Source: Basidiobolus meristosporus CBS 931.73 (Eukaryota > Fungi > Basidiobolomycota). From it: 64,000 nucleotides of DNA. A program made the position numbers and the translations under genes. The stretch's first letter is position 1; each line of letters opens with the position of its first letter. Positions 49,801 through 63,154 of the stretch are shown piece by piece. The stretch lies in the NCBI GenBank assembly GCA_002104905.1, contig MCFE01000003.1, positions 223,977 to 287,976 on the forward strand. The letters run 5' to 3'. The notes beneath the pieces were generated by a model that searched no databases, was not told the origin of the DNA, and saw only the letters and a list, made by a program, of their open reading frames with translations.

Positions 49801-52800
49801 AGTTGCAACCCCGGATAATTTTGGCAAGAAGTAGTAGTAAATCCTCAAAGTCCCCATTACTGATATTTGTGTAAGCAAGTCACTTTTCTAGCCATAACAT
49901 CACATTATAGACCAGTAGTTGGATTACTGGGCTCAGTTGACTCCATAGAGTATCCTTGGCATTTATTTATATGGGTGCTCTCTCATTGCATGCTGGGATT
50001 TTGCCAGGCTAACGCAGGGTGTTGTTGTAAGCGGAGATAGACTCATAATCCTTCAGTGAGCCTACTTCTTCAAAGCCATCACTCTATGTGTCATATTCAG
50101 AAGGCCAAGGTGAGCCTGGAGACATCACAAACTCACCTGACTCAGTTTGAGCAAGGTGATAGGTATGGCTAGGTGCTATTGTAGAAGTATCAAATAGCCT
50201 GTACAACATTGTTGGTACAGTGGTGACTGATGAATAGTCAGATATGACTTGTGCTGCAAAACACTAACTGTGATCCATGCAGTACTTCCTATATAGTTTG
50301 TATGCTTCATGGCTGAGAGGCCTGTTGTAATAGCCACAATTTTTTTTTCTCTTCTCCAACAATGTTGAACCAAAGTAGTCTTCTCCATAGGGCAAACAGC
50401 TTGACACTCAACAATGTAACTTTATCATAGTACTTGTTTGTTAACACTAATTTGTATTTAAGACAGTCTTGTATTTGAGACAATACACCCACACAAATGT
50501 AAGATTTAATGATGACCTGCCATAGTAGGCATTATTGATAAAGTTGTGCCACCATATTCATATGTATATGTAACACTATATCCCCTTTGGTTTGACTCAC
50601 TTCCATATATTTGACAAAAAAATAAAGCAAAGTTATCTAGTTCCCAACCAAACCCCACTGTTGACAGCAGTAGAAGAATGGTTGGACCACAGTGTGTTTT
50701 GATATTCAGTGCAATACATAGGGCTACATACCAAAAGGCCCTGTTGACAGTGCACCCACTGAAGGTAACTGTGAGAACTCCTCAGGCTCTCAGTCAAATA
50801 GGCAAATGAGAATATCTGCTGAGCCACATGCTGACCATAATACTGAGGCTGATGAGAATGTAGCAAAAGCAGCACCTTCAGCTGAAGACCAGCAAGAGGC
50901 TGTCATAACATCCCCTCCACCTATATTAGCAAGTATGTTGTCAGCTCAAACAAAAGCATTGATGAGGCAATTAGGTGCAGTAGCTAATATGATATATGCA
51001 ATGGTCAGAGGTATCAGGAAATAGTCAAGAAGCAGGATGAGCAGATAATACATGTAGAGCAATCATTACCCCAGGTAGAGAACACAGTATCCTTGCTTCA
51101 AGGAAGGAACACAAGTAGCTCAATGTAACAGCCAAGAAATGACCTATTTCCCAATGTAACAACATAGGAACACCATATAGTCTTGATAGCACAACAACAG
51201 TGCCCAAAGAAAAGCCCACAAAAAAATCTATCATTGTGTGGGAGGAAGACAATGTGGTGTTTATACCAAAGCCTAAAAATCAAAAGATATTGAAGATCTG
51301 TGAAGCCATGGAGTGCAATAATGAAGAGTGAGCTAATATTCAAGAGGCAGCCAGAAGTCTAGCATGCCATCACCTTAAGGTTGACATACCATGGGACCAT
51401 CAGGAACTCAAGGCCAAGTAAAATGCACTTGACTTGTTCCATGAGTATTATCCTGGATTCAAATGGGCAAACAGATTTTGGGTCAGCATTGGTATTCTAG
51501 GAAAGTATCTTAAGAATAGGAGAACTATCAAAGGCAGAAGAGCAAGGGTGCCATGGCTAAAAATCAGTGGCTTCCTCAAAAGCCTGTTACAAGTGGGGCC
51601 AAAAGCTACAGACAAGCGTCAAAATGGCATTAGGTAGCTGGGACAGTGCCAATTAGGGACAAGCAGGCAGACATGGATGCAACAGCACAAAATTTACCAA
51701 AGCAAAAGCATAGTACCACTCAAGAAGTACTCAGTCAAATTAGCAGTGAAGGACTTGACTGTGATAAAAACCAGCGGCTTACAGAAGCCTGTCACAACTA
51801 CAGTTGAGGGCTCAAAACAAGCAGAAAGAAACATCAGGTTGCCAGGAGTGTGCCAGCAAGGGACAAGCAGGTCAAAACAAATGCGTCAAAGTAGAATTTA
51901 TCAAGGAGAAAATGTAGTTCATTACAAGAAGCACTCAGAAAAAGTAGCAGTGAAAGACCTAGCAGTGACAAAGGAAGTGGTAAAGGGAAGAATGTCTACC
52001 AAAGCCTGAGACAGGGAAGCATAAAAAGGAAACTGCAGTTCTTGCCAGTAAATGCTGCAAGTCTGCAACAGACTGAATCCCATCATAGCCAAGAAGATTC
52101 ACCAACAAGAAAACAGCTGCTCTCACAAGAGTTGGAAGCGCAGCCAGTTGAGCTACACTCCAGCAAGGTAGATGAGTTGCAGAAAATGGCAATTTGTCTA
52201 CCGCAGCCTCCACATCCTCCATTGTGGACTGAGTAGAGATCCCACTGACAGACAAGGTTACAACATCAAGAACTCAAAATACTATCACAATGCCTTCAGT
52301 GGAATTTTTGAACATTAATAGGCACACCAAGAGGTTACAGCACTTCTTCAGGAGCAGTGCTCAAGAAAATGCACTTCAATATTGCAAGGATTTACTGCAA
52401 AGACTGGTAGATGAGGTGCTGGACCTTGCAATGCTGGCTGAAGACCAGGGCATGTGTGCACCAGTGAATGAACAGTTAATGGAGTTACTTGTTGAGTGTG
52501 GGGTTGGGCTTAATGTTAGTGTAGGGTATAGAGACTGTATAGGTCAATACAATTGGCAATTAAGGTACAACTGAAGTTTCAACGGAAATAAATCAATTTG
52601 TACTCATGAAAAGTAAGAGAAATAGTTGAGTCAGGAAGTAAGGTGTGTGAAAAAGAGGCAATAGCCAATCAATTCACACAAACATAGGAGGCAATAGAGT
52701 GTCTGGGATCAGAAAGTGAGCAAATTGGCAGGGAACCAATTAAAAGCCACTTATATATTGTTGTGATGAAAAATTTTGACTAAGTTTTTTGTGAAATCTG

Positions 52801-52920
52801 GGGTGCAATTATTTCTCAATGGTCTCTGGACAGTGTCCTGATGGGATTGGTACCTCTTAGTCATGGGACTAACTTTGTGATGGCCTTTTAACAGGATCAT
52901 CTCAATAATTTTTCATGGGG
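46832..52920 (-). mobile_element. CACTA copy E with both termini; ~5.7 kb after removing a ~370-bp insertion near 47690-48060
   Basis: Left CCCTATACAAAATAACTT, right AATAATTTTTCATGGGG. Degenerate transposase (-) at about 47100-50400 and ORF2 (+) at about 50600-52570. The flanks CTGG / TATA do not match, so adjacent sequence was rearranged. It is preceded by a transposase 3' fragment (~46540-46831). Confidence 0.8.
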
Positions 52921-54771
52921 TATAGGAACCATTTTGATTGGTGATCCTGCATCTAGATTTGTCAAGACTGAAACTGAGTCCTTCTGCTGTAGTCTTTCTT
53001 ACAGATAGTAGGTACTTTGCTATTTCTGGTACTTAAAGTACTTCTTAGAAGGTAAGTTTGTGGCTTCCTTCACTGCTTCTAAGGTTTACTTGGATACCTC
53101 CTTCTCAAACTGCATCAAGTGTTCTATTTTTACTCAGGAAAACCTTTCTAAATGGATTATTGATATCAGGTAAAAAGTTCATTTCAAGGTGAAAAGTATT
53201 GAGAAGCTCCATAGTCAGTATACTACATCTGAGAATCCTTGTTTGTGGTCATTATTTAGTGCAGATAGGAATGGTCTATCTTCAATTCTTGCAGCATTTT
53301 CATATTTAGGCTTTTTCTGTTGGCCATCTCTCTTATTAAGGCACCAGTCTGATATGTGTCCCTTCCTTTTGCAGTAGTTGCAAGCAGGTTGCTGTTGCCT
53401 TTAAAGGGTTGTGAGTACCTACTGTGTTGGTAACCATTGCTTATTACAGCATTATTGTCTTCTATCTTATTAGCGCTTGATCTTCATCCAGAAGCCTTCC
53501 ATATACATAAGTTTGTTCTAATAACTCATGATTCCACCTAAATATTCACCTAACTTAGTCATATAGCTCAATACCTTCAAATCCTAGAGTATACAGACCA
53601 AATTTCTTGTTTGGATTTACTTTGAATATTCTCACCAAAACATCAGGTGCCCAGAGAACAAAATTTCTCAAGGTTGTCCAAACAGCACCAAACTTTGCAC
53701 GCATGCTCTTATGAGCTTTCGAAACCTATCTCCAGGTTTGTCATGCCATGACCATGTAACAGCATAAGTACCACTTTTACATTCAATAAATTATTAAGTG
53801 AAAAACCCCATAATCTACTTGTTCTCCCAATCACTTCCAATATCTCCAACACTCTTACAACCGGTTTAAAGTCAAATCTGCAGTTCAGGATGGTAGGGCT
53901 GATGCAAGGTTCTAAAGCCTGTCATTCAGGCAATTCAGGATGGTACTATCACATGTTTATCAGTAGTTGTTATACCCATGGATCCCATCTCATCAACCAA
54001 CAAGGTAATTCTGTTGATTAGATTTTTTTTATCTCCTGGCAGCATCTTTGTAGTAAAGAAATTTTGAATAGATACATTTTCTTAGCAGCTGAACATATCT
54101 GGTAGGTGTCTTCTAATCCCTTCCAGGCTTTCTTTGCTGTATTTGCTCTTGGGCATTGAAATAGCAATTTGTCTTCATCATTAAGGCAAACACAGTTAAA
54201 GGCACTTTGTTCCTTCTTCTGGTACTTTAAGGCTTCTTCTCCTACATTATTAGGAGTGAATTTGTCTCCCATAGCAATATCCAAAAGGCCTCTTTACTCT
54301 AGCAGAATCTTTATCTTCAACTTCCAGACTATTATTAGAGCCATCTAACTACTCAGCTGAGGGAAAAGCTCCAGTAATATCTGAAGTAGACATTTTAGAA
54401 AGTGACAACTTGGGGCTTGTAGCCTGTTGTAAGAGTCTTGGAGATATTGCAAGTGATTGGGAGAACAAGTAGATTATGTGGTATCCACTCAATGATTTAT
54501 TGAATGTAAAAGTAGTATTTATACTTCTACAAGATCTTGGCACGTCAAACCTGGAGAATAGGTTTAGAAAGCTCACAAGAGCATGTGTGCAAAGATTGGT
54601 GCTGTTTGGACAACCTTGCAAATTTGATGCTCTGGGCACCTGATGTGTTGGTGAGAATATTCAAAGTAAGTCCCAACAAGGTATTTGGTCAGTATTTTCT
54701 TAGACTTGCAGGTAATGCTCTATATGACTAATTTAGGTGAGCATTGAGGTGAATTATAAATTTCTACAACC
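52921..54771 (-). mobile_element. Degenerate copia remnant (5' LTR ~54425-54771, gag, protease, start of pol) in reverse orientation
   Basis: The reverse complement matches 57542-59800 ('MDIAMGDKFTPNNVGEEALKYQKKEQSAFNC', zinc knuckle CNYCKRKGH). Decayed PBS at 54413-54424. Confidence 0.8.
53514..53862 (+). mobile_element. Copia-family solo LTR inserted in the gag of the remnant
   Basis: 349 bp similar to the 57542 LTR, with decayed ends and no clean TSD. Confidence 0.75.
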
Positions 54772-55231
54772 ATTAGATGGTGTATTTCAATGGAGTTACT
54801 TGTCAGGTGTGAGGTTGGGTTCAATGTTAGCATTGTGTATAAGAGCTTGTATAGCTTAGTAGAATTTTGGATTGAGCAACATTTGAAGATTCAACAGAAG
54901 TAAACCAATCAGTTTGCTTGACAAGTAAGAGTGCTGATAAAGTAAGTGAGTAAGGAGTGTGAACAAAAGGCAACAATCAATTGATGTACACAAACATAGG
55001 AGGTGATTAAGTGTTAGGAATCGCAAAGTGAAAGAAATGCCAGAAAACCAATCAAAAGCAACTTGGGAATTCTTGTGATAAAAAATATAACAGTGCTTTT
55101 TTGGAGATCTTGGTGCGGTTTTTTTCCTACAGTTCTTGAACTGTGTCTTGACAGGATCAATAATGTGTGGCCATGTGAGTCAAATTTTGTACAGCCATTT
55201 GACAGAATCATCACAGTTATCTTTTATTGGG
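54772..55231. mobile_element. CACTA right-end fragment
   Basis: Colinear with 41090-41547. TGACAGGATC at 55149; degenerate TIR ending TTTTATTGGG. Confidence 0.6.
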
Positions 55232-55603
55232 TCAAAGTATACAAGCATAAGAGAAAGTTCAGGGTCTAAAGTGAAGAAGTAAGAGTGAAAACAGAGATCC
55301 AATTAAAAACAACTCAGATAACATTGAAGTGAAGAATTTTTTCCAATTGCCTTTTAAAATCAATGGGACTTTTATATTTAACCATTTTTGAATGCCGTCT
55401 GATGGCATCAATACTTCTCAGTTGCAGGATTTCAGTGTTGTGATAGTTTTCTGGAGGATTGCTGCAAGTGCTTTTCATAGCAATTTAGTAGCACATCAAC
55501 AACTCTAGGAACTTTGATATTTGTGGTACCAGATATTTTGGTACAAGTATTAAAATGTTAATTGCAATATTGAACTTGGGCCTGAAAGTAATAGTGTTTT
55601 TAC

Positions 55604-55953
55604 TGTTGTAAGAGCTCATAGTTCTACCTAAATACTCACCTAACTTAGTTACTTGTATCATTACCAACAGAACCTAGACAAAACTAACCAAATACCTTGT
55701 TGGGATTTATTGGGAATATTTTCACCAAAATATCAGATACCCAGAGCATGAAAATTAGAGGAGTTGTCCAAACAGCCGCAAACTTTGCATACATGCTCTT
55801 GGGACCTTTCTAAGCCTATTCTACATGTTTGCTATACCAGGATCATGTAAAAGTATAAATACTACTTTTACATTCAATAAATCACTAAGTGAAAAGCCAC
55901 AAAGTCTACTTGTCCTCCCAATCACTTCCAATATCTCCAAGACTCTTGCAACA
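55604..55953 (+). mobile_element. Copia-family solo LTR
   Basis: TGTTG..CAACA, 350 bp, similar to the 57542 LTR. Flanks TTTAC/GCTTC do not match. Confidence 0.8.
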
Positions 55954-56141
55954 GCTTCAGCAATCTAAGTGACAATATCAGTGTGAGTATATTGAATGCA
56001 CTATAAGACTTGGAGAACTTAAGAAAAAATGGGCTACATTTTGTGACATTTTTGCAAGCTGTCCTTGATCATTCAAGTCCTATTATGACTATACACTGTT
56101 GCTCATACCTCAAATCACATGCAGATAGAAGTGGATATTTG

Positions 56142-57541
56142 TGTTGTAAGAGTCTTGGAGATCTTGGAAGTGATTTGGGAGAACAAGTAGATTATGTGGT
56201 TTTCACTTAATGATTTATTGAATGTAAAAGTAGTATTTACACTTTTACATGATCTTGGCAGAGCAAACATGTAGAATAGGCTTAGGAAGATCCCAAAACC
56301 ATGTGCGCAAATTTTGGGGCTATTTGGACAACTTTGAGAACTTTCATGTTGTTGGTACCTGGTATTTTGGTGAAAATATTCCAAGTATATCCCAACAAGG
56401 AATTTGGTCAGTATTCTCTAGGATTTGAAGGTAATGATCTCAGTGACTAAGTTAGGTAACTATTTATTTGGAGTTACAAACTTTTGCAACATTCCCACTC
56501 AGCTAAATGGTCAAACTGACTAGTCTTAATTTTGGCCTAAGATATTCAAACTTGTCTCTAGCTAATGGTTTGGTAAAATCATCTGCAATCATTTCATCTG
56601 AAGGACTGTAAACTAAGCTAACTTAGTTATTCTCTATTGCTTCATGTATGAAGTGATGTCTAACATCTATGTGCTTAGTTCTAGCATGAAAAGTTGGATT
56701 TCTACTCAGATGTATACATCCTTAATTATCTTGAAATAAGGTATTGGTGTTTTTTGACACAGGCCTAAATCTGTAAAAAGCTTTCTTGGCCACATTGCTT
56801 CTTTTGTAGCTTCACAGGCTGCCATATACTCTGCTTCTGTGGTAGAGAGTGCTACAGTTGGTTGCTTTCTTTAATTCCATGAAATTGCTCCTTTACAGTG
56901 AAGAACGGTGTATACTGTGGTGGATCTTCTTTCTTCCAAGTTTTTTCCCCAAGCAGCATTGGAGTATCCCACAAGATCATGTTCTGAATCCTTTTATGTG
57001 TATCTTAATCAGATATCAGCAGTTCCTTTTAGGTATCTAAAAATCCACTAAACTGCTGCAATATGATCAGATCCATAGTTCTGATTATGTTGGCTAACAA
57101 CTCCCACTGGATATGAAATATCTGGACATATTCTAAGCATGCTGTACATCAGACTGCTGGCCATAGATTGATATGTAAAGTCAGGGCTTTTGGATGGCAC
57201 CAAGCTCTCTTGATTTGGTTTATTTTTCACCAAGTTAAGGTTTGTCTCCATTGGGGTAGCTGCCAGTTTACAATCTTCTATTTAGTACTTCTTTAATATA
57301 TCTTAAATATACTTGGATTGGCCTAGTGTGATAGTCTGGGTACTTCTGTCTATGGAGAACTAAATCCCTATGTAGTAACCAAGTTCTCCTAGATTGGACA
57401 TCTTGAACTCCTTAGATAGGCTGGATTTAGTCTCTTCCAATGTTCCTAGGTTATTGGTAGCTATAATAAGATCATCCACATATAGAGCTAATAGAACTGG
57501 ATTTGCTCTATCTGGCTTATAGTATATACTAAAGTCAGCAT
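56142..57541 (-). mobile_element. Copia element in reverse orientation (3' LTR 56142-56491, PPT, RNase H, RT), host of the full-length copy; resumes at 63033-63154
   Basis: Reverse complement of 61600-63032. The RT sequence AAAAGAAGTAATGCT-GACT is split exactly at the AGCAT TSD. Confidence 0.85.
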
Positions 57542-57893
57542 TGTTGTAAAATTCGTAATTCCACCTAAATATTCACCTAACTTAGTCACTTAGATCATCA
57601 CCTTCAAATCCTAGAGAATACTGACCAATTTCCTTGTTGGGATTTACTTAGAATATTTTCACCAAAATACCAGGTACCCAGAACATGATAATTCTCAAAG
57701 TTGTCCAAACAGCCCCAAACTTTGCACACATGTTCTTGGGACCTTCCTTAATCTATTCTACATGTTTGGAATGCAAAGACCATGTAAAAGTAGAAATACT
57801 ACTTTTACATTCAATAAACCATTAAGTGAAAACCACATAATCTGCTTGTTCTCCCGATCACTTCCAATATCTCCAAGACTCTTACAACAGGTT

Positions 57894-60800
57894 ATGAACC
57901 CCAAGCTGTCACTCTCTGCAATGTCTACTACTGCTATTACTGGAATTTTTCCCTCTGCTGAAAGGTTGGATGGCTCTAACTACCAAGTGTGGAAGGTGAA
58001 GATGAAGATGCTGCTACAAGAAAGAGGCCTTTGGGATATTGTCATGGGAGAAGAATGCCCTCCTAAAAACGTGGGAGAGGAAGCCTTAAAGTACCAGAAG
58101 AAAGAACAAAGTGCCTTCAACTGCATTTGCCTTAATGTCAAGGACAAATTGCTAATTTAACGCTCAAGAGCAAAAACAGCAAAGAATGCCTGGAAAGCAT
58201 TGGAAGACACCTACCAGTCATGTTCAGCTGCCAAGAAAATGTATCTGAGACAAAAATTCTTTACTACAAAGATGCTGCCAGGAGAAGAAATGAAAAATCT
58301 AATTAACAGAATTACCCTGCTGGTAGATGAAATGGAATCTGTGGGTGTACCAACTACTGATGAGGATGTGATAGTTACCATCCTGAATAGCCTGACAGGC
58401 AAGTTTCAGGGCCTTGTATCAGCCCTAGAGTCCAGAACTGAAGATTTGACCTTAAATTACGTATATGGAAGGCTCCTGGATGAAGAATTAAGAAAATCAA
58501 GCGCCAATAAGAAGGAAGAAGAAAATGCTTTAATAAGCAATGATAACCAACAAAGGAGATACCCAAGACCCTACAAAGGCAACAGCAACCTATTTTGCAA
58601 CTACTGCAAAAGGAAAGGACACACATCAGAGCGGTGTGGTGGTGTAGAGGTACTCCTGGGAGAAGCTACACAACTCAAGGTGTGTGAGGTGTCTGATGGG
58701 TGCAATAACCTCTGGGTCTTAACTGCTGGTGTCTTTGTCAGTATGTCTCTATGGTAAAAGCTCCTGCTTCTCTAGCTTCCTAGGTGCTCCAAGTGTCTCC
58801 AAAGGCCTCTGTGTGTCTTGTGCACTACCTTGAAAAGCTCCTTGATGGCAGGTCTGAGGTGTACTGTTGAAGGCAGGTGCAGTGATCAACTGCTAATCAA
58901 TAAGGGAGAAGTGTTACTGATAGAAGGGATGATTTATTGATGAGGGATTGCTTTCCCTTAAATACTTTTCCTGATTGCCAAGTGATTACTAATGACAAGG
59001 TTCTAGAAGATTCTAGGCATCAGTGGAATTCTTGATGACATCACTATGAGCTAAAAATATGCCAAGAATGTCCTGGAAGGTTCTAAAGGGCACAGCACAT
59101 CCAACCAATCAGGAATCAGTAGTCTGAAACCTGTGCAACATAGAAATACCATATATGGTATTGAAATGGTAGGGATGGTAACACAGACCTAGGTCATGTG
59201 TCACGGGTACTGATGCACGTACTTGCCTTATATAGATACATCTACTGATCACAAAGCTGAATAACATCTGGGATAACTAATGCTAATAACTAATCAGGGT
59301 AAACATCATATGGGGATAATACTGATAAAATGGGCAAAAGAAGAATGGGATAATACTGATAAGATAAAATATGGATAAGTATATCATAATGACTATATGA
59401 ATAAACTTGTCTGTGGGAGGTATGTTTACCCTAACACACCGGTGTCTCAAAAAGAGAGATTATCAGCCAAAGAAGCCTGAATATGGAAATGCTGCAACAA
59501 CTGAAGATAGACTATTCATATCTGCACTAAATATGACCACAAACAAGGATTATCAGACGTGGTGTATTGACTCTGGAGCATCTCAACACTTTACACACCT
59601 AAAAGGACTTTTTACCCAATATCAAGAAATTCCAATTAAGAAGGTTTTCATGGGTGACAATAGAACACTTGATGCAGTGGGAGAAGGAACTATCCAAGTA
59701 AACCTTAGAAGCAGTAATGGAAGCCATACACTGACCTTTAAAGAAGTACTCTATGTACCAGAAATAGCCAAGAACCTACTCTCTGTAAGCAAGGCCGCAG
59801 CAGAAGGACTCAGTTTCAATTTTGACAATTCTGGATGCAGGATCACTGATCAAAATGGTGCCCATATTGCTTTGGGCATCAGAGATCAGAATCTATACAA
59901 GTTGACTTATATTTCATTATATCTGGAAGCCAATATAAGTAACTTAAGTGAAGAAACACCAATGCTTTGGCACAGGAGATTTGGGCACATCAATTTTGAT
60001 TATTTGCGCAAAATGTTCAAGATCAGCTAGTTACTGGAGTGAAAATAGATACCCCAGCTAATTTGGAGCACTGTGAAGTCTGCAGAGATGGGAAACAAGC
60101 CAGACAACCGTTCAAGAGCTCTGGGTTAATCAAAACTAAGAAAAAATTAGATCTAACTCACTCAGATCTGTGTGGACCAATGCAAAATATATCTTTAGGT
60201 GGGATGAAGTATTTAATCACTTTTATTGATGATTATACAAGATACACATGGGTCTACTTCATGGAGAGAAAGGAAGAAGCTCTGTCTAAGTTCAGGGAGT
60301 TTAAAGCCATGGTGGAGAGAGAAACTGGTGAAAGAATCAAGAAAATATGCTCTGACAATGGTGGAGAATATACATCAAAACTCTTCATCCACTTCTGCAA
60401 AATTCATGGGATAAAGCAAGAGACTACTGTACCATACTCCCCACAGCAAAATGGAGTAGCAGAACAAGCTAACAGATCAATTATTGATATGGCAAGATCT
60501 ATGATCCATGATCAAAAATTATCCTATGATTTTTGGGCGGAATTGGTTGCCACTGCTGTATACCTTAAAAATAGGAGTTATAACAGAATACATTGTGATT
60601 CTACTCCATTTGAAGCATGGTATGGATACAGACCAAGTGCGGAACATCTAAGAATATTTGGGTGTACAGCATATGCCAAAAAACTGGCCGGAAATCAGTC
60701 AAAATTTGAGCCAAAAAGTGTAAAATGCATAATTTTGGGCTACTGCAATGAGAGTAAGGCATACAGACTCTACAGTACCAAAGCAAAGAAGCTCATCAAG

Positions 60801-62711
60801 TCCAGGGATGTGTTGTTTGATGAAATTTCAAAATTCTCACAAAAAATGACATCAGATGATGACAAAAATTTGATCTCAAGTCCACCAATTATCAGGATTG
60901 AATCAGAGCAAAACAATGAAAATTTTTTCACTCCAGAGGACTCTAAAACCATGGTTCAGCCAGAATCAGTGCTCAGGAATATCCCAGAAGTAATCATTCC
61001 AGTATCAAATGCCCAGAGATCAAATCAGACAAGAAATAGCCCAAATTACTATATCAATGAGGGTACAAACTTAGCCTATGCCCATTCAGTCCATGTTGAT
61101 GAGCCCCAAACTGTAAAAGAGGCCCTAAATAGCCCTCAGACAAAGTTTTGGAGATCTGCAATGACTGAGGAATATCAGGCACTGATGGAAAATCAAACTT
61201 GGGACTTAGTCAAATTACCAATCAACCAAAAATCAATTTGATGCAGATGGGTCTTTAAGACAAAATACAAGGCTGATGGTACAATTGAAAGATACAAAGC
61301 AAGACTTGTAGCCAAAGGATACTCTCAAACAAAAGGACTTGACTATACTGAGACCTTTGCACCGGTAGCTAAGTTTAATTCCATCAGATTAATTTTGGCC
61401 ATTGCAGCAAAATATAAGTTTTTTATTCATCAAATGGATGTGAAAACTGCATTTTTGAATGGAGAACTTGCTGAGGACATGTATATGGACCAGCCTGATG
61501 GGCTTATTGACCAAGATAACCCCCATTTGGTCTCCAAGCTTAAAAAGTCACTATATGGTCTCAAATAATCACCAAGAGCCTGGAATTACAAGATAGATTC
61601 TTATTTGGAATCCTTGAGTTTCAAAAGAAGTAATGCTGACTATAGTATATACCATAAGCCAGATAGAGCAAATCCAGTTCTATTAGCTCTATATGTGGAT
61701 GATCTTATTATAGCTGCCAACAACCTAGAAACATTGGAAGAGACTAAATCCAGCCTATCTAAGGAGTTCAAGATTCCTGATCTAGGAGAACTTAGTTACT
61801 ACTTAGGGATTAAGTTCTCCATAGACAGAAGTACCCAGACTATTACCCTAAGCCAATCCAAGTATATTCAAGATATACTAAAGAAGTACAAAATGGAAGA
61901 CTGTAAACTGGCAGCTACCCCAATGGAGACAAACCTTAACTTGGTCAAAACTCAACCTAATCAAGAGAGCTTGGTGCCATCTGAAAGCCCTGACTTTCCT
62001 TATCAGTCTATGGGTGGCAGTCTGATGTATATTATGCTTGGAACACGTCCAGATATCTCATATTCAGTGGGAGTTGTCAGCCAACATAATCAGAGCTATG
62101 GATCTGATCATATTGCAGCAGTTAAGCGGACTTTCTGATACCTAAAAGGAACTGCTGATATCTGCTTAAGATACACTTATAAGGACTCAGAACAGGATCT
62201 TGTGGGATACTCTGATGCAGATTGGGGACAAAATTTAGAAGACAGAAGATCCACCACAGGATACACCTTTCATTACTGTAAAGGAGCAATTTCATGGAAT
62301 TCAAGAAAGCAACCAACCGAAGCACTTTCCACCACAGAGGCAGAGTATATGGCAGCCTGTGAAGCTATAAAAGAAGCAATGTGGTTAAGAAAGCTGCTTA
62401 CAGATTTAGGCCTATGTCAAAAAATGCCTATTACTTTATTTCAAGACAATCAAGGATGTATACAATTAGGTAGAAATCCAACTTTTCATGCTAGAACCAA
62501 GCACATAGATATTAGACATCATTTCATACATGAATCTATAGAGAATAACTTAGTTAGCTTAGTTTACTGTCCTACAGATGAAATGATTGTAGACATATTT
62601 ACCAAACCATTAGCCAGAGACAAGTTTAAATATCTTAGGTCAAAATTAGAACAAGTCAGTATGAACATTTGGCTGAGTGGGAGTGTTGTAAAAATTTGTA
62701 TTTCCACCTAA
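57894..62711 (+). pseudogene. Copia gag-pol in PR-IN-RT-RH order, with stops, frameshifts and an LTR insertion
   Basis: gag 'LDGSNYQVWKVKMKMLLQERGLWDIV'; CCHC knuckle; protease 'WCIDSGASQH'; 'LWHRRFGH'; integrase 'HSDLCGP / SDNGGEY / QQNGVAE'; RT '[10 protein letters not shown] / LYVDDL'; RNase H 'YSDADWG / EAEY / DNQG / KHIDIRHHF'. Stops at 58158, 61239 and 62136; frameshift near 60030. Confidence 0.93.
58635..59438 (-). mobile_element. Solo-LTR-like element, family B (804 bp), inserted in the gag zinc knuckle
   Basis: TG..CA ends, flanks GCGG/CCGG. Removing it restores '...GHTS(E/D)RCLKKRD'. Homologous to 33518-34587. 18-bp palindrome AATACCATATATGGTATT at 59145-59162. Confidence 0.8.
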
Positions 62712-63154
62712 ATATTCATCTAACTTAGTCACTTAGATCATTACCTTCAAATCCTAGAGAATACTGACCAAATTCCTTGTTGGGATTTACTTAGAATATT
62801 TTCACCAAAATACCAGGTACCCAGAACATGATAATTCTCAAAGTTGTCCAAACAGCCCCAAACTTTGCACACATGTTCTTGGGACCTTCCTTAATCTATT
62901 CTATGTGTTTAGAATGCCAAGACCAGGTAAAAGTATAAATACTACTTTTACATTCAATAAATCATTAAGTGAAAACCACATAATCTACTTGTCCTCCCAA
63001 TCACTTCCAATATCTCCAAGACTCTTACAACAAGCATTACTCCTTTTGAGACTCAAGGATTCCAAATAAGAATCTATCTTGCAATTCCAAGCTCTTGGTG
63101 ATTGTTTGAGACCATATAGAGATTTTTTAAGCTTGCAGACCAAATGGGGGTTAT

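Larger units (their letters stand above)
57542..63032 (+). mobile_element. Full-length Ty1/copia retrotransposon, inactivated
   Basis: LTRs 57542-57889 and 62684-63032 (I count 15 substitutions and 1 indel). 5-bp TSD AGCAT, PBS GGTTATGAACCC, PPT GAGTGGGAG. Confidence 0.95.

Noticed and set aside
28860-56400. Dozens of 60-160 aa ORFs in the repeat block
   Set aside because: Fragments or antisense shadows of decayed transposase, ORF2, gag and LTR sequences.
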